A stretch of 64,000 bases of DNA from Dendrobates tinctorius (lineage: Eukaryota): positions 32,984,001 to 33,048,000 of the forward strand of contig NW_027361738.1 in NCBI RefSeq assembly GCF_039654945.1, written 5' to 3'. The notes below the pieces were generated by a model. The model had not been told where the DNA came from, did not search any database, and worked only from the letters and a program-made list of their open reading frames with translations. Each line of letters begins with the position of its first letter. Within the stretch, counting starts at the first letter, position 1. The translations under genes were made by a program, and so were the position numbers. This document shows positions 24,666-37,189 of this stretch, piece after piece.

Positions 24666-26629
24666 CCAGTGGTACAAAAACATAGAATAATAATATTAAC
24701 CAGCATTATATAATACAAATATATCAATAGTGCATAATGATATCCAGGCGGTTATTAAAGCCCTGTGGCATGCGAGTCTCCAACTCAAATATCCACCTAC
24801 TCTCTCTTGCAAGCACTTTATGAAAATCTCCCCCTCTCAATGTTTTTTTTACATGCTCTATGCCCATAAAGGAGAAACCGCGTAAATCCCCATTATGTTT
24901 TTTTGAAAAATGTCGGGATACTACTGATGCACCAACCATAGGCAAATTACTAGCGTCTGATAGGTGTTTGCGGATTCTAGTTTTAAGGGGGTTCATCGTG
25001 AAACCTACATATTGCATACGGCATATATTGCAATTAATTAGATACACTACATTCTCCGTATTACAGTTTATAAAAGAACAAACATTAAACTGTTTTTTAT
25101 TGGAGATAGATGTAAATGTTTTAGATTTATTAGCAAAACCGCAGCACTTACAGATATTGGCACCGCATTTAAAAAATCCTGTTGTTTTTAACCAATTGCT
25201 AGGGGAAATTTTATCCAGATCTTTGAACATGCTGGGTGATAATAGTGTAGCTAAAGTCGGGGCTCTTCTTGCCACAAAGGCAATATCATTATTTTCCACA
25301 ATATTTTTCAAAATATCATTCTGAGATAACAAGGGAAGATATTTTTTGATGATTTTAACAATAGAATTAAACTGAGGACTATAATTGGTACTGAAAACCA
25401 CCCTAGATTTTTTAGAGTCAAACTGTCTTTTTTTCTCAGTAGATTCCAACAGCTTAACCCTATCCATGCCTGCTACCATTTTCCTGGCTCTGTCCAAGGA
25501 CCAATTAGGATACCCCCTTTTTTTAAATTATTACAGGTCATTTCAATTCCTTCCTCCAATTTGTCACTAGATGTAGTATTCCTTTTTAGTCTAATAAGCT
25601 CCCCCACAGGAATATTCTAAATGACATGTTTGGGGTGATTAGAGGAAGCCATTAAAATACTATTGCATGCAATGGATTTTTTATAGGGAGATATCAGAAC
25701 CCCATCATTGTCCAGATCTGCGGTCAGTTTCAAATCCAAGAAGTTAATTGATACCTCATGACCACTACTAGTAAATTTTAGATTGAAATCATTCAAATCC
25801 AAATAAGAAAAGAAACTTTTTGCAGGCGAGAGACTACCCCTCCAGAGAAATATCAGATCATCAATAAATCTCCCCAGCCAAACAATATTATCCTTGTATG
25901 GGTTATCAATGTTAAAGATATAATTTTCTTCCCACAGACATAACCAGGTTAGCTAGGGAGGGTGAAAACTTGGCACCCATGCTCACACCCTGTGTCTGGA
26001 GGAAATATCTCTCATCAAACACAAAATAGTTGTGGCTTAAAAGAAATTGAATTGAGGAGACAATAAACCTCTGAATGGAATCCTCATAATTACTGTATCT
26101 GGACAAATAATATGTGATGCATCGTAACGCGACGTGATGGGGGATAGAAGGATATAACCCCACCACATCGCAAGATAACCACACATAATCAGATTGCCAA
26201 TGAAATTTTTCCATAATCTGTATTATACTTTTGGAATCTTTAAGATGACTTGGTGATAATGGCACTAAAGGTTGAAGATAAAAATCAACCCACTCCCCTA
26301 GTTTCTCACTAAATGATCCGATCCCAGACACTATAGGTCTGAGATGGGGAGGAAAAACCTCTTTATGAACTTTAGGGAGTGAGTGGTATATTGGGACAAT
26401 CGGTGTTTCACAAAAAATAAATTTTTTAATTCTGTCTGAAATAGCACCCATACTAATTCCCACCTGTAATAGATGTAATAATTCAGAGTTAAATGAATCA
26501 GTTGGATTAGATGGCAATTCAATATAGGTGCTACTGTTTTCTAAATCCAGCAAGTTCATTTTCTTATATAAACCAGCATTGAGAGCCACAATAGCGCCCC
26601 CCTTGTCTGCCTGGACACCAAGGAGATCG

Positions 26630-26630
<1 letters not shown>

Positions 26631-26679
<49 letters not shown>
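26631..26679. repeat. (TA)n microsatellite
   Basis: Pure TA run of ~24 units. Confidence 0.98.
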
Positions 26680-26682
<3 letters not shown>

Positions 26683-27555
26683 ACAAGTCAGTGGAAGTCG
26701 CATGCCGGGCGATGGGGTGTGGACCAGGCTCAGCTCCCGCTATGCAGCCTGTAGCTGTAGCCGTTCTTATTTTTCAGACACTTCTTGTTTCATTTAATGT
26801 TGTGGGGGAGTCAATCATAAAGTTTGTATGTACCCTAAAATAGTGCGAGGTAAAAAAAAAAAAAAAGCTATAGTTCGCCCAGCAAAATGGTGAGCACTTT
26901 TACAGCTCTACTGATGAAAGAATATAATTAAAATATAATGTAGGGGATAAGATTTTTGGGACACAGATGTCCCCCCCCCCCCATCACACGTAAAACAAAA
27001 ATAAAAAAATTTACACACACTTTAAGCCTCTGTATTTGTTAACTTAGGACGGCTACTTCATTACCAATGGCCTTAATCTACTGTATAAAGGATATAAAAA
27101 AAAGAGAACCGGTCAGTAAAGATGGATTTTTGGTTCTTACCGTAAAATCTCTTTCTTGGAGCCTTCATTGGGGGACACAGAATACCATGGGTGTATGCTG
27201 CTGCTGCTAGGAGGCTGACACTATGCAAAACAAGAAAATTAGCTCCTCCCCGGCAGTATACACCCACCGACAGGCACTAGGCACCTGAGTTGGTGAGAAA
27301 GCAGTAGGAGAAGCAACAGAAACTCTCTAAACATATGTACCAACCCAACAGGGGACTCAAAGACCCAACACAGTACAATTTAAACAGGGAGGGTGCTGTG
27401 TCCCCCAATGAAGGCTCCAAGAAAGAGATTTTACGGTAAGAACCAAAAATCCATCTTTCTTTATCGCCTTATTGGGGGACACAGAATACCATGGGACGTT
27501 CCAAAGCAGTCCCAAGGGCGGGAACAGCAATAAGGAACGAAAGAACAGGAAAGGC

Positions 27556-28600
27556 TTAGGTCGGCCGGTGCGCCACCGCCGCCTGCAGAACCTTCCTACC
27601 AACAACTGCATCAGACGAGGCCTGGGTATGAACCCTGTAGAACCTCGCAAATGTGTGCAAGGATGACCAGGTCGCGGCCCTGCAAAGTTGCAGAGCCGAA
27701 GCCTGGTGTCGAACGGCCCACAAAGCTGCCACAGCCCGGGTGGAGTGAGCCCTCACTCCCGGAGGGGGCCGTCTTTCCTGAAGTCTGTATGCTTCCTGAA
27801 TGGTAGAACAAATCCAGCGAGCGATCGTGGATTTGGATGCCGGAAGCCCTTTCCTGTGACCTTCAGAGATGACCAGCAATGAATCGGATTGACGAAGTGA
27901 AGCGGTCCTAGCGAGGTAGACACGCAAGGCTCTAACAACATCCAGCTTGTGGAGTGACCTCTCAAGAGGGTGAGAAGGAGCTGGACAAAACGATGGAAGA
28001 ACGATATCCTCGTTGATGTGAAAGGAGGAAACCACCTTTGGCAGGAAGGAAGGAACGGGCCTGAGGACGACTTTATCCTGATGGAGCACCAGATAAGGAG
28101 AACGACATGACAAGGCCGCTAACTCAAACTCTTCTGATGGATGTAATGGCGATCAAAAAGGTCACCTTCCATGACAGAAGTGACAAAGGAATGTCCTGGA
28201 TGGGTTCAAACGGCGCCTTTTGGAGAGCGCCAAGAACGAGATTGAGATCCCACGGTTCTATTGGTGAATGATTAGGAGGAGCCACATGAGCGACTCCTTG
28301 GAGGAACGTCTTAACCTGCGGTAAGGAAGCGAGCTCTCTTTGAAAGAGGATAGACAAGGCAGAAACCTGGCCCTTCAGGGTGCTGAGAGACAGACCCGAA
28401 TCTAAGCCAGACTGGAGAAAACCCAGTATGGACGGAATGGAAAAGGCCATTGGAAAAACTTTATCGTCGCACCAACGGAAAAAAGCCTTCCAACACCTGT
28501 GGTAAATGCGGGAAGAGGCTGGCTTCCTGGCTTTGATCATCGTCTGAATCACCTGGTTGGAAAAACCTGATTCTCTTAGGATTGCGGCCTCAACGGCCAT
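27556..28600 (-). pseudogene. DIRS-B tyrosine recombinase domain (ORF3), frameshift at ~28120
   Basis: AITSIRRV (R), RAHSTRA (HxxR), ATWSS (W), FARFY (Y). Confidence 0.9.
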
Positions 28601-30478
28601 GCCGTTAAATTCAGAGACCGAGAATTCTCGTGGTAAAGGGGGCCTTGCGAGAGAAGATCCGGACGGACTGGAAGTCTCCAGGGAACGTCCGCGAGCATGT
28701 TCACCAGTTCCGCATACCAAGGCCGTCTCGGCCAGTCTGGAGCCACAAGAATTACTGGAACGCCTTCCGATTTTATCTTCTTGACCACTCTTGGGATCAA
28801 GGCAAGAGGTGGAAAAAGATAAGGGAGTTGGAACTGGGACCACGGAATTACTAGGGCGTCGCAAGCGACGGCTAGAGGGTCCCTGGACCTGGCTACGAAG
28901 CGCGGAACTTTGTGGTTCATCCGAGATGCCATGAGGTCGACGTCCGGAGAACCCCAGCGCTTGCATATCTGATCGAAGACTGAGGGATGGAGAGACCATT
29001 CGCCTGACGCTAGGCCTTGACGACTCAAAGTCGGCTGCCCAGTTTTCCACCCCTGGAATGTGAACGGCGGAGATTGCTGGGACGTAACGTTCCGCCCAGC
29101 GCAGAATCCTGGCCACTTCTGACATGACTTGGTGGCTGCGCGTGCCGCCCTGATGGTTTATGTACGCCACAGCCGTGGCGTTGTCCGACTGAATGCGGAT
29201 CGGCTTGCCGACGAGAAGGGGTTGCCAGCGAAGAAGGGCCAGAAAGATTGCTCTGATCTCGAGCAGATTGATAGGAAGAAGAGCTTCCTGAGGGTTCCAG
29301 TGTCCTTGAGCCGTCCTCTGATGAAAAACCGCTCCCCAACCCAGGAGGCTGGCATCGGTGGTGATGACTTGCCACCGAAGCGGGAGGAAGGACCTCCCAT
29401 GGAGGACTGATGAAGACATCGTCCACCAAGTGAGGGATTGCCTCACTTTGAGAGGGAGAAGAATTGGCCGGTCTAAGGACCTCGTCGTCTTGTCCCAGGC
29501 TGAAAGGAGGGACAGCTGAAGAGGACGAAGGTGAAACTGTGCAAAGGGCACTGCTTCCAAGGAAGCTACCATCTTCCCCAGAACTTTCATGCAGAATCGA
29601 AGGGGAATGGGCGTCGGCCGTTTGAGGGCTCGAATCCCTTTGAACAGAGCCGCAAATTTTTCCCTCGGAAGAAACACCCTGGCCAGGTTCGTGTCGAACT
29701 CCATGCCTAAAAAGGTCAGACGCTGAGTGGGGCTGAGGACGGACTTTTCTTTGTTGACTAACCATCCGAGACGGTCGAGAGTATCCAGGGTTATCTGAAC
29801 ACTTAGGAGACAGTCTTGACGGGACGAGCCCTTGATTAAGAGATCGTCCAGATAAGGAATGATGAGAATCCCTCTGGATCGAAGGATGGCCATGACCGTC
29901 GCCATCACTTTCGTGAAAACACGGGGAGCGGAGGCTAGGCCGAAAGGGAGAGCCGTGAACTGGTAATGATCGTCCTGAATCGCAAACCTGAGATATTTCT
30001 GATGCTGCAAGCAAACAGGGATGTGAAGATAGGCATCCCGTATGTCCACAGAACAGAGAAATTCTCCAGGCTTCATTGAGGCTATCACCGATCGAAGAGA
30101 CTCCATTTTGAAGTGAAGAATCTTCACGTGGCGATTGAGCAACTTGAGGTCCAGGATTGGCCGCAGGGAACCGTCTTTCTTCGGGACTACGAAGAGATTT
30201 GAGTAGAACCCTGAAAACTGTTCGTCTGAGGGAACGGGAACAATCACTCCGGCGGAAAGAAGGGAGGAGACGGCCTGAAAGAATCCTGGAATGTGGGACC
30301 GTTGTCTTGGAGGACGAGACAGGAGAAAACGCCTGTCTGGCGGGAAGAAAATTCGATCTTGTAACCGGATGCGATTAGTTCCCTGACCCAAGCGTCGTCG
30401 ACAACCGACAGCCAAGCGTCCACGAAAAAGGAAAGTCTGCCTCCCACCCTGGAAAAACTTCCAGGTGGGGGTGCCCCG
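28576..30478 (-). pseudogene. DIRS-B ORF2: reverse transcriptase, RNase H and methyltransferase-like domain; frameshift at ~29025
   Basis: FYSNLFVVPKKDG..RPILDL..LPFGL..YLDD; TTDASLLGWG..INLLE..SDN; DLMAS..YLFPP..APDWPRRPWY. Start approximate. Confidence 0.9.
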
Positions 30479-31960
30479 TCACTTGGAGGCAAACCTACCG
30501 GAACGGGCACCTGAGGACCTGGAGTATTGTCCTCTAGATCTCCAGCGGGGAGCGGGCTTGTAAGAAGGTTTCTTCTGCTCTCGCTCCCTAGATGCGGAAG
30601 GACGCTCTTGCTGGACAGATCTCTCTGTGGACGAGAACGGACGAAAAGGCCTAAAGGGCCGAAAACCCTTTCTATTAAAAATACGTCTTGGTCGAGACTG
30701 GGGGAGAGAAGTACTTTTGCCCCCAGTGGCGTCAGAAATTATTTGATCCAGCTTGGCCCCAAAGAGCCTAGAACCATGGAAGGGCAGATTGGTGAGCGAC
30801 TTTTTTGAGGTGGTATCCGCATTCCATGACTTTAACAAAAGAACTCGGCGGACAGCTACTATATTGCTGTTAGCCCTAGCAACGCAACCGGCCGCATCTA
30901 AGGAGGCGGCTAAAAGGTATTTACCCACGTGATTAATTTGATCTGCTAGATCTGCCAGCTCGTCCTGGGGAGCTGCCGCTAAGATGCCCCTGCGAAGAAT
31001 TTTTGCCCAAGCCAAAATGACTTTAGCTACCCAGGAGGAGGCGAAAATAGGGCAGAGGGAGGCACCGGAGGCCTCAAAGATAGATTTCGCCAAAGATTCT
31101 AACTGCCTGTCTGTCGGATCCTTAAGCGATGCACCGTCTGGAAGGGACAGAACTGTCTTAGAGGCTATGCGAGAAACGGGAGGGTCCACTTCAGGGGCTT
31201 TGGTCCATTTAGAAAGCAAATCAGCCTCAAATGGGTACAGAACATCCAAATACCTGCGGCCCGAAAAGCGTTGCTCAGGGTGCTCCCAATGTTTGGCTAG
31301 AGTAGTATCAAACTCGTTGTGGTTTGGAAAAGTTTTAGATGGAGGTCTTGAACGTTTAAATGGAACAGAACATTCCTGAGGAAGGGGCTTGTCCTGCTTA
31401 ATCTCCAGGGTTTGGAAAATAGCTGAAAGAAGACTATCGACCATACTTCGTGTTTTAGACATGTCATCTGCTTCTGAACTAGATCCTGATTGTGGATCGT
31501 CGTCTGACCTAAGGTCGTCCACTGAAGGAGACGGACACCTGGGTGACGCAGACGGGCCTAGCGAACTGGAAGACGAGCCCGATAGGAGACGCTTCCTGGA
31601 CATCCTATTCGGCCTGTCCCTCTGAAGGTCGCGGTCAGGAGCGGACGACTCACCCTGAGAGGCGGTCGGAGCAGCGGTGGCTGAAGATAGCTGAGGCAAA
31701 CGTTCTAGGACCTGGACCAGGGACTGAGAGACTTTGGTCAGATCGGATACCGACTGAGACATAGCTACGGCCCATTCTGGGAGAGGAGAAGTGCCCCCAT
31801 CACGGGAATCTGTGTGCTCCTGAGAGGCCGACATAGCTGAAGGACTGCAGGACGGGCAGAAAGGAGATGGCTGACCCGAAGCCCACTTCCTTTTACAGCG
31901 CGCACAGGCGTAATGAGTAGCGGTGGGCCTGAAACAGAGCTCCCCTGCAGGGTTGGGCAT
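30479..31960 (-). CDS. DIRS-B ORF1 (gag-like; N-terminal CxxC..CxxC, LAP2alpha-like C-terminal domain), intact
   Basis: 493-aa open frame: CARC..CPSC, PEVDPPVSR, LKDPTDRQLE, Arg-rich tail. Confidence 0.88.
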   Translation of the reverse strand: MPNPAGELCFRPTATHYACARCKRKWASGQPSPFCPSCSPSAMSASQEHTDSRDGGTSPLPEWAVAMSQSVSDLTKVSQSLVQVLERLPQLSSATAAPTASQGESSAPDRDLQRDRPNRMSRKRLLSGSSSSSLGPSASPRCPSPSVDDLRSDDDPQSGSSSEADDMSKTRSMVDSLLSAIFQTLEIKQDKPLPQECSVPFKRSRPPSKTFPNHNEFDTTLAKHWEHPEQRFSGRRYLDVLYPFEADLLSKWTKAPEVDPPVSRIASKTVLSLPDGASLKDPTDRQLESLAKSIFEASGASLCPIFASSWVAKVILAWAKILRRGILAAAPQDELADLADQINHVGKYLLAASLDAAGCVARANSNIVAVRRVLLLKSWNADTTSKKSLTNLPFHGSRLFGAKLDQIISDATGGKSTSLPQSRPRRIFNRKGFRPFRPFRPFSSTERSVQQERPSASREREQKKPSYKPAPRWRSRGQYSRSSGARSGRFASK

Positions 31961-32907
31961 AAGGAAAACTGCGCTGAATGGCCGCGGAAATTGGGGAAAG
32001 AACTGCGGAGGAGGGCTAATGTCTCTGCATAGAGCAGAGCCTACCTAGTTCCGGCGAGCAGCAGAAACGCTGAAGTGTCCCCCAAGCAGCGCAGAAAGGC
32101 AGGACCGAAGAAACAGGAAATGCCTGATGAGGTGAGCGGTGGGCGGAGCTTAGCGGCTGAGCCGCAATTGGAGCTGGCATGAAGGAAGGGAACGAGGAGC
32201 CCTGTGATGGGCTATTCAAATAGCCTGGTGATGTCCAGTTACCCACCAATGTGCCTCTTGGGGATGCTGCGGGCTGGAGGGATCGTTCAGGCACCTACCT
32301 GACGTCCCTGAAGAGGATGACCACAGGGACCTCTCACAAGGGTAGTGGCAAGTCGCTGGCCTCTGTACCCGCGTTCTGCAGAAGACGGCATTAACCTCTT
32401 GATGGCGAGGGGAATCTTGCGATCGCCGTCTTCCTCTCAGCCCTGTCCCGAGAGAGGGGTGAGGAGGGGGATTTTGGCAAGGACCAGCCACCTGTCCACA
32501 TCCCATAGCACCCAGAGGTGATATGGGAAAAAGTCCTGCCAGCGCACTGAGAGTTGCGATGTGGGATCACCACACTGCTCGCTCAGCCGCCTGATATGGG
32601 AAAGCAGAGTGAACTTTCACCCTGTTTCCCGACTTGAATCTGCAAAACAAAAGACAAGAGAATTAAAAAGTTCCACTAGAACACCTAAGGAAAGAAAAGG
32701 TTAATTGCGGATCTGGGAAGATCCCGGTCCACCTCCTACAGACACTAAGCACAAACTGAGGTGCCTAGTGCCTGTCGGTGGGTGTATACTGCCGGGGAGG
32801 AGCTAATTTTCTTGTTTTGCATAGTGTCAGCCTCCTAGCAGCAGCAGCATACACCCATGGTATTCTGTGTCCCCCAATAAGGCGATAAAGAAAATCAGCT
32901 GCCTAAA

Positions 32908-33285
32908 GGCCCCTTTACATTTAGCGATGCACCAGCGATCCGACCACGATACGACCTGGTCAGGATCGCTGGTGCATCGTTAAATGGTCGCTAGTGAGCT
33001 GCCTAACAGGCAGATCTCACAGCGATGTAGCGACGCAGCAGCGGTCGTTACTTACCTTTCAGACGCAGTGATGACTTCCTCCCGCCCGTGTCCACACGTC
33101 GGCGCCAGCAGGAAGCGCCCGACGAGAAATGGAGCCGGCTGATCTCGCGCGATCAGCGACAGACAGTGTGGGAGCCGGTCGGAGGTATCACACATAGCGA
33201 TATCGCTAGCAATATCGCTGCTGCGTCACAAAATCGGTGACACTTTAGCGATATTGCTAGCGATATCGCTATGTGTAAAGGCCCC
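32908..33285. mobile_element. Harbinger-like MITE
   Basis: GGCCCCTTTACAT ... GTGTAAAGGCCCC; same CAGCGATC family as 21003. Confidence 0.7.
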
Positions 33286-36064
33286 TTTACTGTCTGCAGA
33301 TGGTTTACAGCAATTAGTAAGGTTGACAGGCACTGCTCCTGGTAGGAGGCAGACATGTTTTTTAAATTACATAGAACTTCATTAGAAATTAATTCTGACA
33401 ATTTATAGTGCCAGAACCACTGACAGCCTGAATCAAACACTAGCTCTATTATTCCAGAAATGTATGATTTTACTCTGAAATGCTGCAGTGTTTCAGAGAA
33501 AACACACTTTTGAAAAGCTGGCCGGGGTCTGTGTCCCCAATTCCCCATGGCTTTCTCTCCTCGACTCAGAACTGACAGATTTCTCTTATACACACATAGC
33601 TGTCAATCTAAGGCCTCCACGCATCCTGGTGATTTTGGCACTGGAAAAACCAGTAGAGGTGAGATCCGTGGCTCGGGTCCGTGTTTTATGTGTGTGCTAT
33701 TCGTATGGAATGAAATGCAGTATAGAAATAAACATTATTGTATGTGTTTTTTTCTGCACTTTTTTTTAAATTATAGTATGTATTACATTTGAATATGGAA
33801 TTAGTAATGAAGAGGTCTTCTAGATGCCTCTTGTCACGAGAATGTAAATATGAATGTATGGTTTTCTTTATCAACACACCCTTCTAGAATCTTCCATTCA
33901 CACACTGAGCTCTGCACATCCATAGCTGCACAAAGACCAACCAGCTTCCCTCCCCCCCCCTTACTCCTTCCTCCCCCCCTCGCTAAGGAATGTGGTAATT
34001 AGCAGAATACGACCCTTTGTCTCCCAACATGTGCCTGTGGCTAAAATAGATGGGATTTAGAATCTGACCATTAGGCCATAACTCGACACCAGTTAATGTT
34101 ATGAATGTGAAAATTACATATTTAGGACTTGCAATTTTTAAGCTACACTCCAGCGCCTTTTTCTAAGGTCTAGCCCCAGCAGAATCCGAAAAATGGATTT
34201 CTCCTGAACCAAGTTGAATAGCCCCTCCATGTTTAGAGTTGATAGGAAATTAATTCGAAAACAAGATGAGTGATGCTTCTGCCATTATTCGGCTAGGTTT
34301 TATATCCGAGTTATGGAGCTAAGAAGTTTTCTTAGCAAGTTTCCATCCTGCCAGATAGAGGTGGGCTTCCATAACTCAGCCCCTTTAGTGATGTCACGAC
34401 CCAGAGGTATAAGTTAGCCCCAGCTCAGTCTGGATGTAGTCTTGCCTGGGAAAGCGGAGATAAAGAACCAACTCTGTGATGCATTGCGGTGTATCGCCCC
34501 TCCCACCAGCATGGTCTGCCTGAGATGATCTAAGCAATTGTAAGCATTTTTCTTCTATAATGTCCTTGCTGCAGCATGCCTGAGCCCGTACACATCCAAG
34601 CAGGCCCGTCCGGTGACTAATTATCCTAGGTGCAGTTTCCTGACTAACCTGAGGGTAAGGGGGGCGCCGGAGAGCTGCGAGTTCCAAAGCAGAACTGTAA
34701 AGTGGGATATACATAAATCCCTGCAGTTCTTGACATATTGGTGGCAGAGGTGGAATAACTAAAATAAGCCCCCCTGCGGTAAATTGATAGGTCAATAGAC
34801 GAGCTTGCTGTTCTTTTATCACATTGGAGGCAGCGGTGGGATAACTAACACAAGCCCCCTGCAAATGTGATATCCATGCTGTGTATGCAGAGATTTTCCT
34901 GACACCTCTCCATTACTAACCCCTGAGCTTGATGTCAGCAGACATAAAACAGCTAACATCAACCCCAACTTTATTACCCCACTTTGCCAACGTACCAGGT
35001 TAAGTGGGAAGAGCAGAGGCCAAGCACCAGACTTTGTGCATCTTATGGAAGCTCCATTTCTGGGGTGGCTAAGGGCTGATGTTGGTAGCCTGGAAGGGGG
35101 GGCCAATATCCACGGCCCCTTCCCAGGCTATTATCGGCCCACAGCTGTCTGTTTAGCCTTTGCTGGTTATAATTTATAGGGGAACTCTGTCTTTTTCTCG
35201 TTTCCCCCTTAAACTAACTAATAAAGGCTAAGCAAACATCTGTGAGATGTTAATAGCCTGGGAACCTTTCGGGATATTGGCCCCTCCCCCAGATTAACAT
35301 CAGCCCCGAGCAGTCAGCTATCCGTCTCATGTGTATCAAAATTATATGGGAGCCCATGTCATTTAAAAAACAAAACAAAAAATGAGCGCTAAATACAACT
35401 ATCATTGTCGCCTGGTCGAGTTGATCTCAGGAAAACCAGGCGACAATGCTGAGTGCTGCCTTCAGCACCAGGCGCCTTGGACCAGCGCACACTGTACCAT
35501 TTTTCTCAGGCGTTGGAACGTGTCACACCGACGACACTCGGATGTCATCCGTGTGCAGCATGCACCACCTTTGAATACAATGGGTGTGTGTGTGTCAGTA
35601 TTTGCAGTCCTTAAAAAACACACCGTATATGGACAAAAAAAAAAAAAAAAAACCATGTGAAGGGGCCTAAATGAACATGACCGGTAGAATCTGTTAGGAC
35701 CTGCCTTGGAAGAGTCATCCGAGACAATCTCTTACCAGCTTTGCAAAGTATGATTGATTCTGCAGCGTTTCATAGAACACACACAGCTGCAATAATGAAG
35801 AACGTGTCCGATTTAGGCTGTTATTCGGGCAGCATGAATCTACTGCCAGGATCTCTTTAGGAATGGGTTGTATGTGATTAGAAAACCATGTCTGCCTTCT
35901 CCCAGGAGCAGCACCTACAGTTGTGCATGTCATGTGTTATTGGTGATCAACTTCATTGAATACTGTAAACTATCTACAGACAAGAATGCAGCTCTAAGAA
36001 TGCAGACCAGGTTTTGTCATTTTAGACTGAGCCAATGCAATATTAAGTAAGCTGCAGACATTAC

Positions 36065-36169
36065 CTTCTTCCCGTTGCTCTTTGCCAGTGCGGCAGAATG
36101 CAGCATAAAGCAGTTGTTGCTGCAGAAAACAAGTTCACCATCCATGCGTCCAGGGCTGGTGAGGAGCTC
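36065..36169 (-). CDS. KMT2C: KMT2C exon (not in the ORF track)
   Basis: ELLTSPGRMDGELVFCSNNCFMLHSAALAKSNGKK; aacag / gtaatg; 105 nt, phase 0. Confidence 0.92.
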
Positions 36170-36400
36170 CTGTTAATTAGAAATATCTTTAGTCAGTGTC
36201 TAGACAAGTCATCTTTATTGCCCAGACTTCCAAACAATAACCAACAGTGGTTTAAGGAAAGACGCATGTCTTCAAAAATGCTTTTGTATTATCATGTTCT
36301 TGCAGCTAATTTTAGTGATGGCTCCGTCATTTGCCTCTTGTAACTTTCTGCCACTCTCTGAACAGTTAACAAGTATTAGTATAGGAAGAATATTAGATAC

Positions 36401-36540
36401 CTGTTTGGGAAAGCTTAAATCTTTCATCGTTTTTCGCACCCCATTTCCAAACACCACAACCTTGCAATGGCAGCACCATGATTGCCTAAGAGATGGAGGA
36501 TTCCCCATAGTTGGGTGGTGAGGTCTGTACGCTGGCATAC
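36401..36540 (-). CDS. KMT2C: KMT2C exon
   Basis: GMPAYRP..QSWCCHCKVVVFGNGVRKTMKDLSFPKQ; ccctag / gtatct. Confidence 0.93.
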
Positions 36541-36668
36541 CTAGGGAGGGAGAAACCAATAGAAATCACACAATCCTGCTATATACAGTATAGATTATTC
36601 ACTGTCGAACTTACATAGACATCAGTTATATCTGTGTGTACACAGTACCCAGAAGACACAGTATTAAA

Positions 36669-37043
36669 TGGAATCTGCCAGCCGGATTTCATACCCCAAA
36701 CTATTTATACACACATGTAGCTCTTTTAAAGACAAGTCCAGCAATAGTTTTACTTGGTAATCCTGTTCCTCTGTTACTGAGAAATTGGGAGATTGAATAG
36801 AAATGTAAATGAGGCTGGAGATCTATTTGTAGATCTGAAGCTTCTGTCACTCCAGCTCTATTTCCTGCCAAGTGCCGCCACCTCCTGCCACATGCAGGAA
36901 GATGTACAGCCTCATTTGTATATTAATACATACACATACTGATTTCTCAGTAACAGAGGAAAAAGACAAGCTATGTATTGCTGGATTTGTCTATAAAATA
37001 AGATAAATAGTTTAAAGTGTTAAATCCTGTTGATAGATTCCCT
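36669..37043. mobile_element. Degenerate T2/Kolobok-type MITE
   Basis: TTAAATGGAATCTGCCA ... TGATAGATTCCCTTTAA. Confidence 0.65.
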
Positions 37044-37189
37044 TTAAAGAGTTATTCCCAACACTGCCTTTCATGGCAGAGACTGAATAACTGCTTCGAT
37101 GTGCCAGCCACCGGATGTGGGGCTACAAAAACAGCAGAGTGCAGCCGCGCTACACTGTTTGCGTAACTCTCAAACAAATGAGACTTACA

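Larger units (their letters stand above)
23855..26629 (-). mobile_element. 5'-truncated, degraded Penelope-like retroelement (Neptune type): RT, Cys-rich linker, GIY-YIG, 3' pLTR
   Basis: ADKGGAIV..LPKVHK..RPIVS..DVVGLYPSI..GVSMGAKFSP (RT). GFFKCGANICKCC linker. NVVYLINC..C..QYVG..RIRKH..RESRWI..L.T..PQGFN (GIY-YIG). Flanked by (TA)n on both sides. Confidence 0.92.
27118..32893 (-). mobile_element. Full-length DIRS retrotransposon, family B
   Basis: ITRs ~27168-27291 and ~32755-32879 are nearly identical. ICR ~27398-27496 holds the joined termini (..AAAAATCCATC-TTT-CTTTATCGCC..). gag, RT/RH/MT and YR ORFs present; AAA at both junctions. Confidence 0.96.

Noticed and set aside
25912-26703. 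ORF with an N-terminal IYIYIY tract
   Set aside because: The N-terminus is read-through of the (TA)n microsatellite into a truncated Penelope RT.
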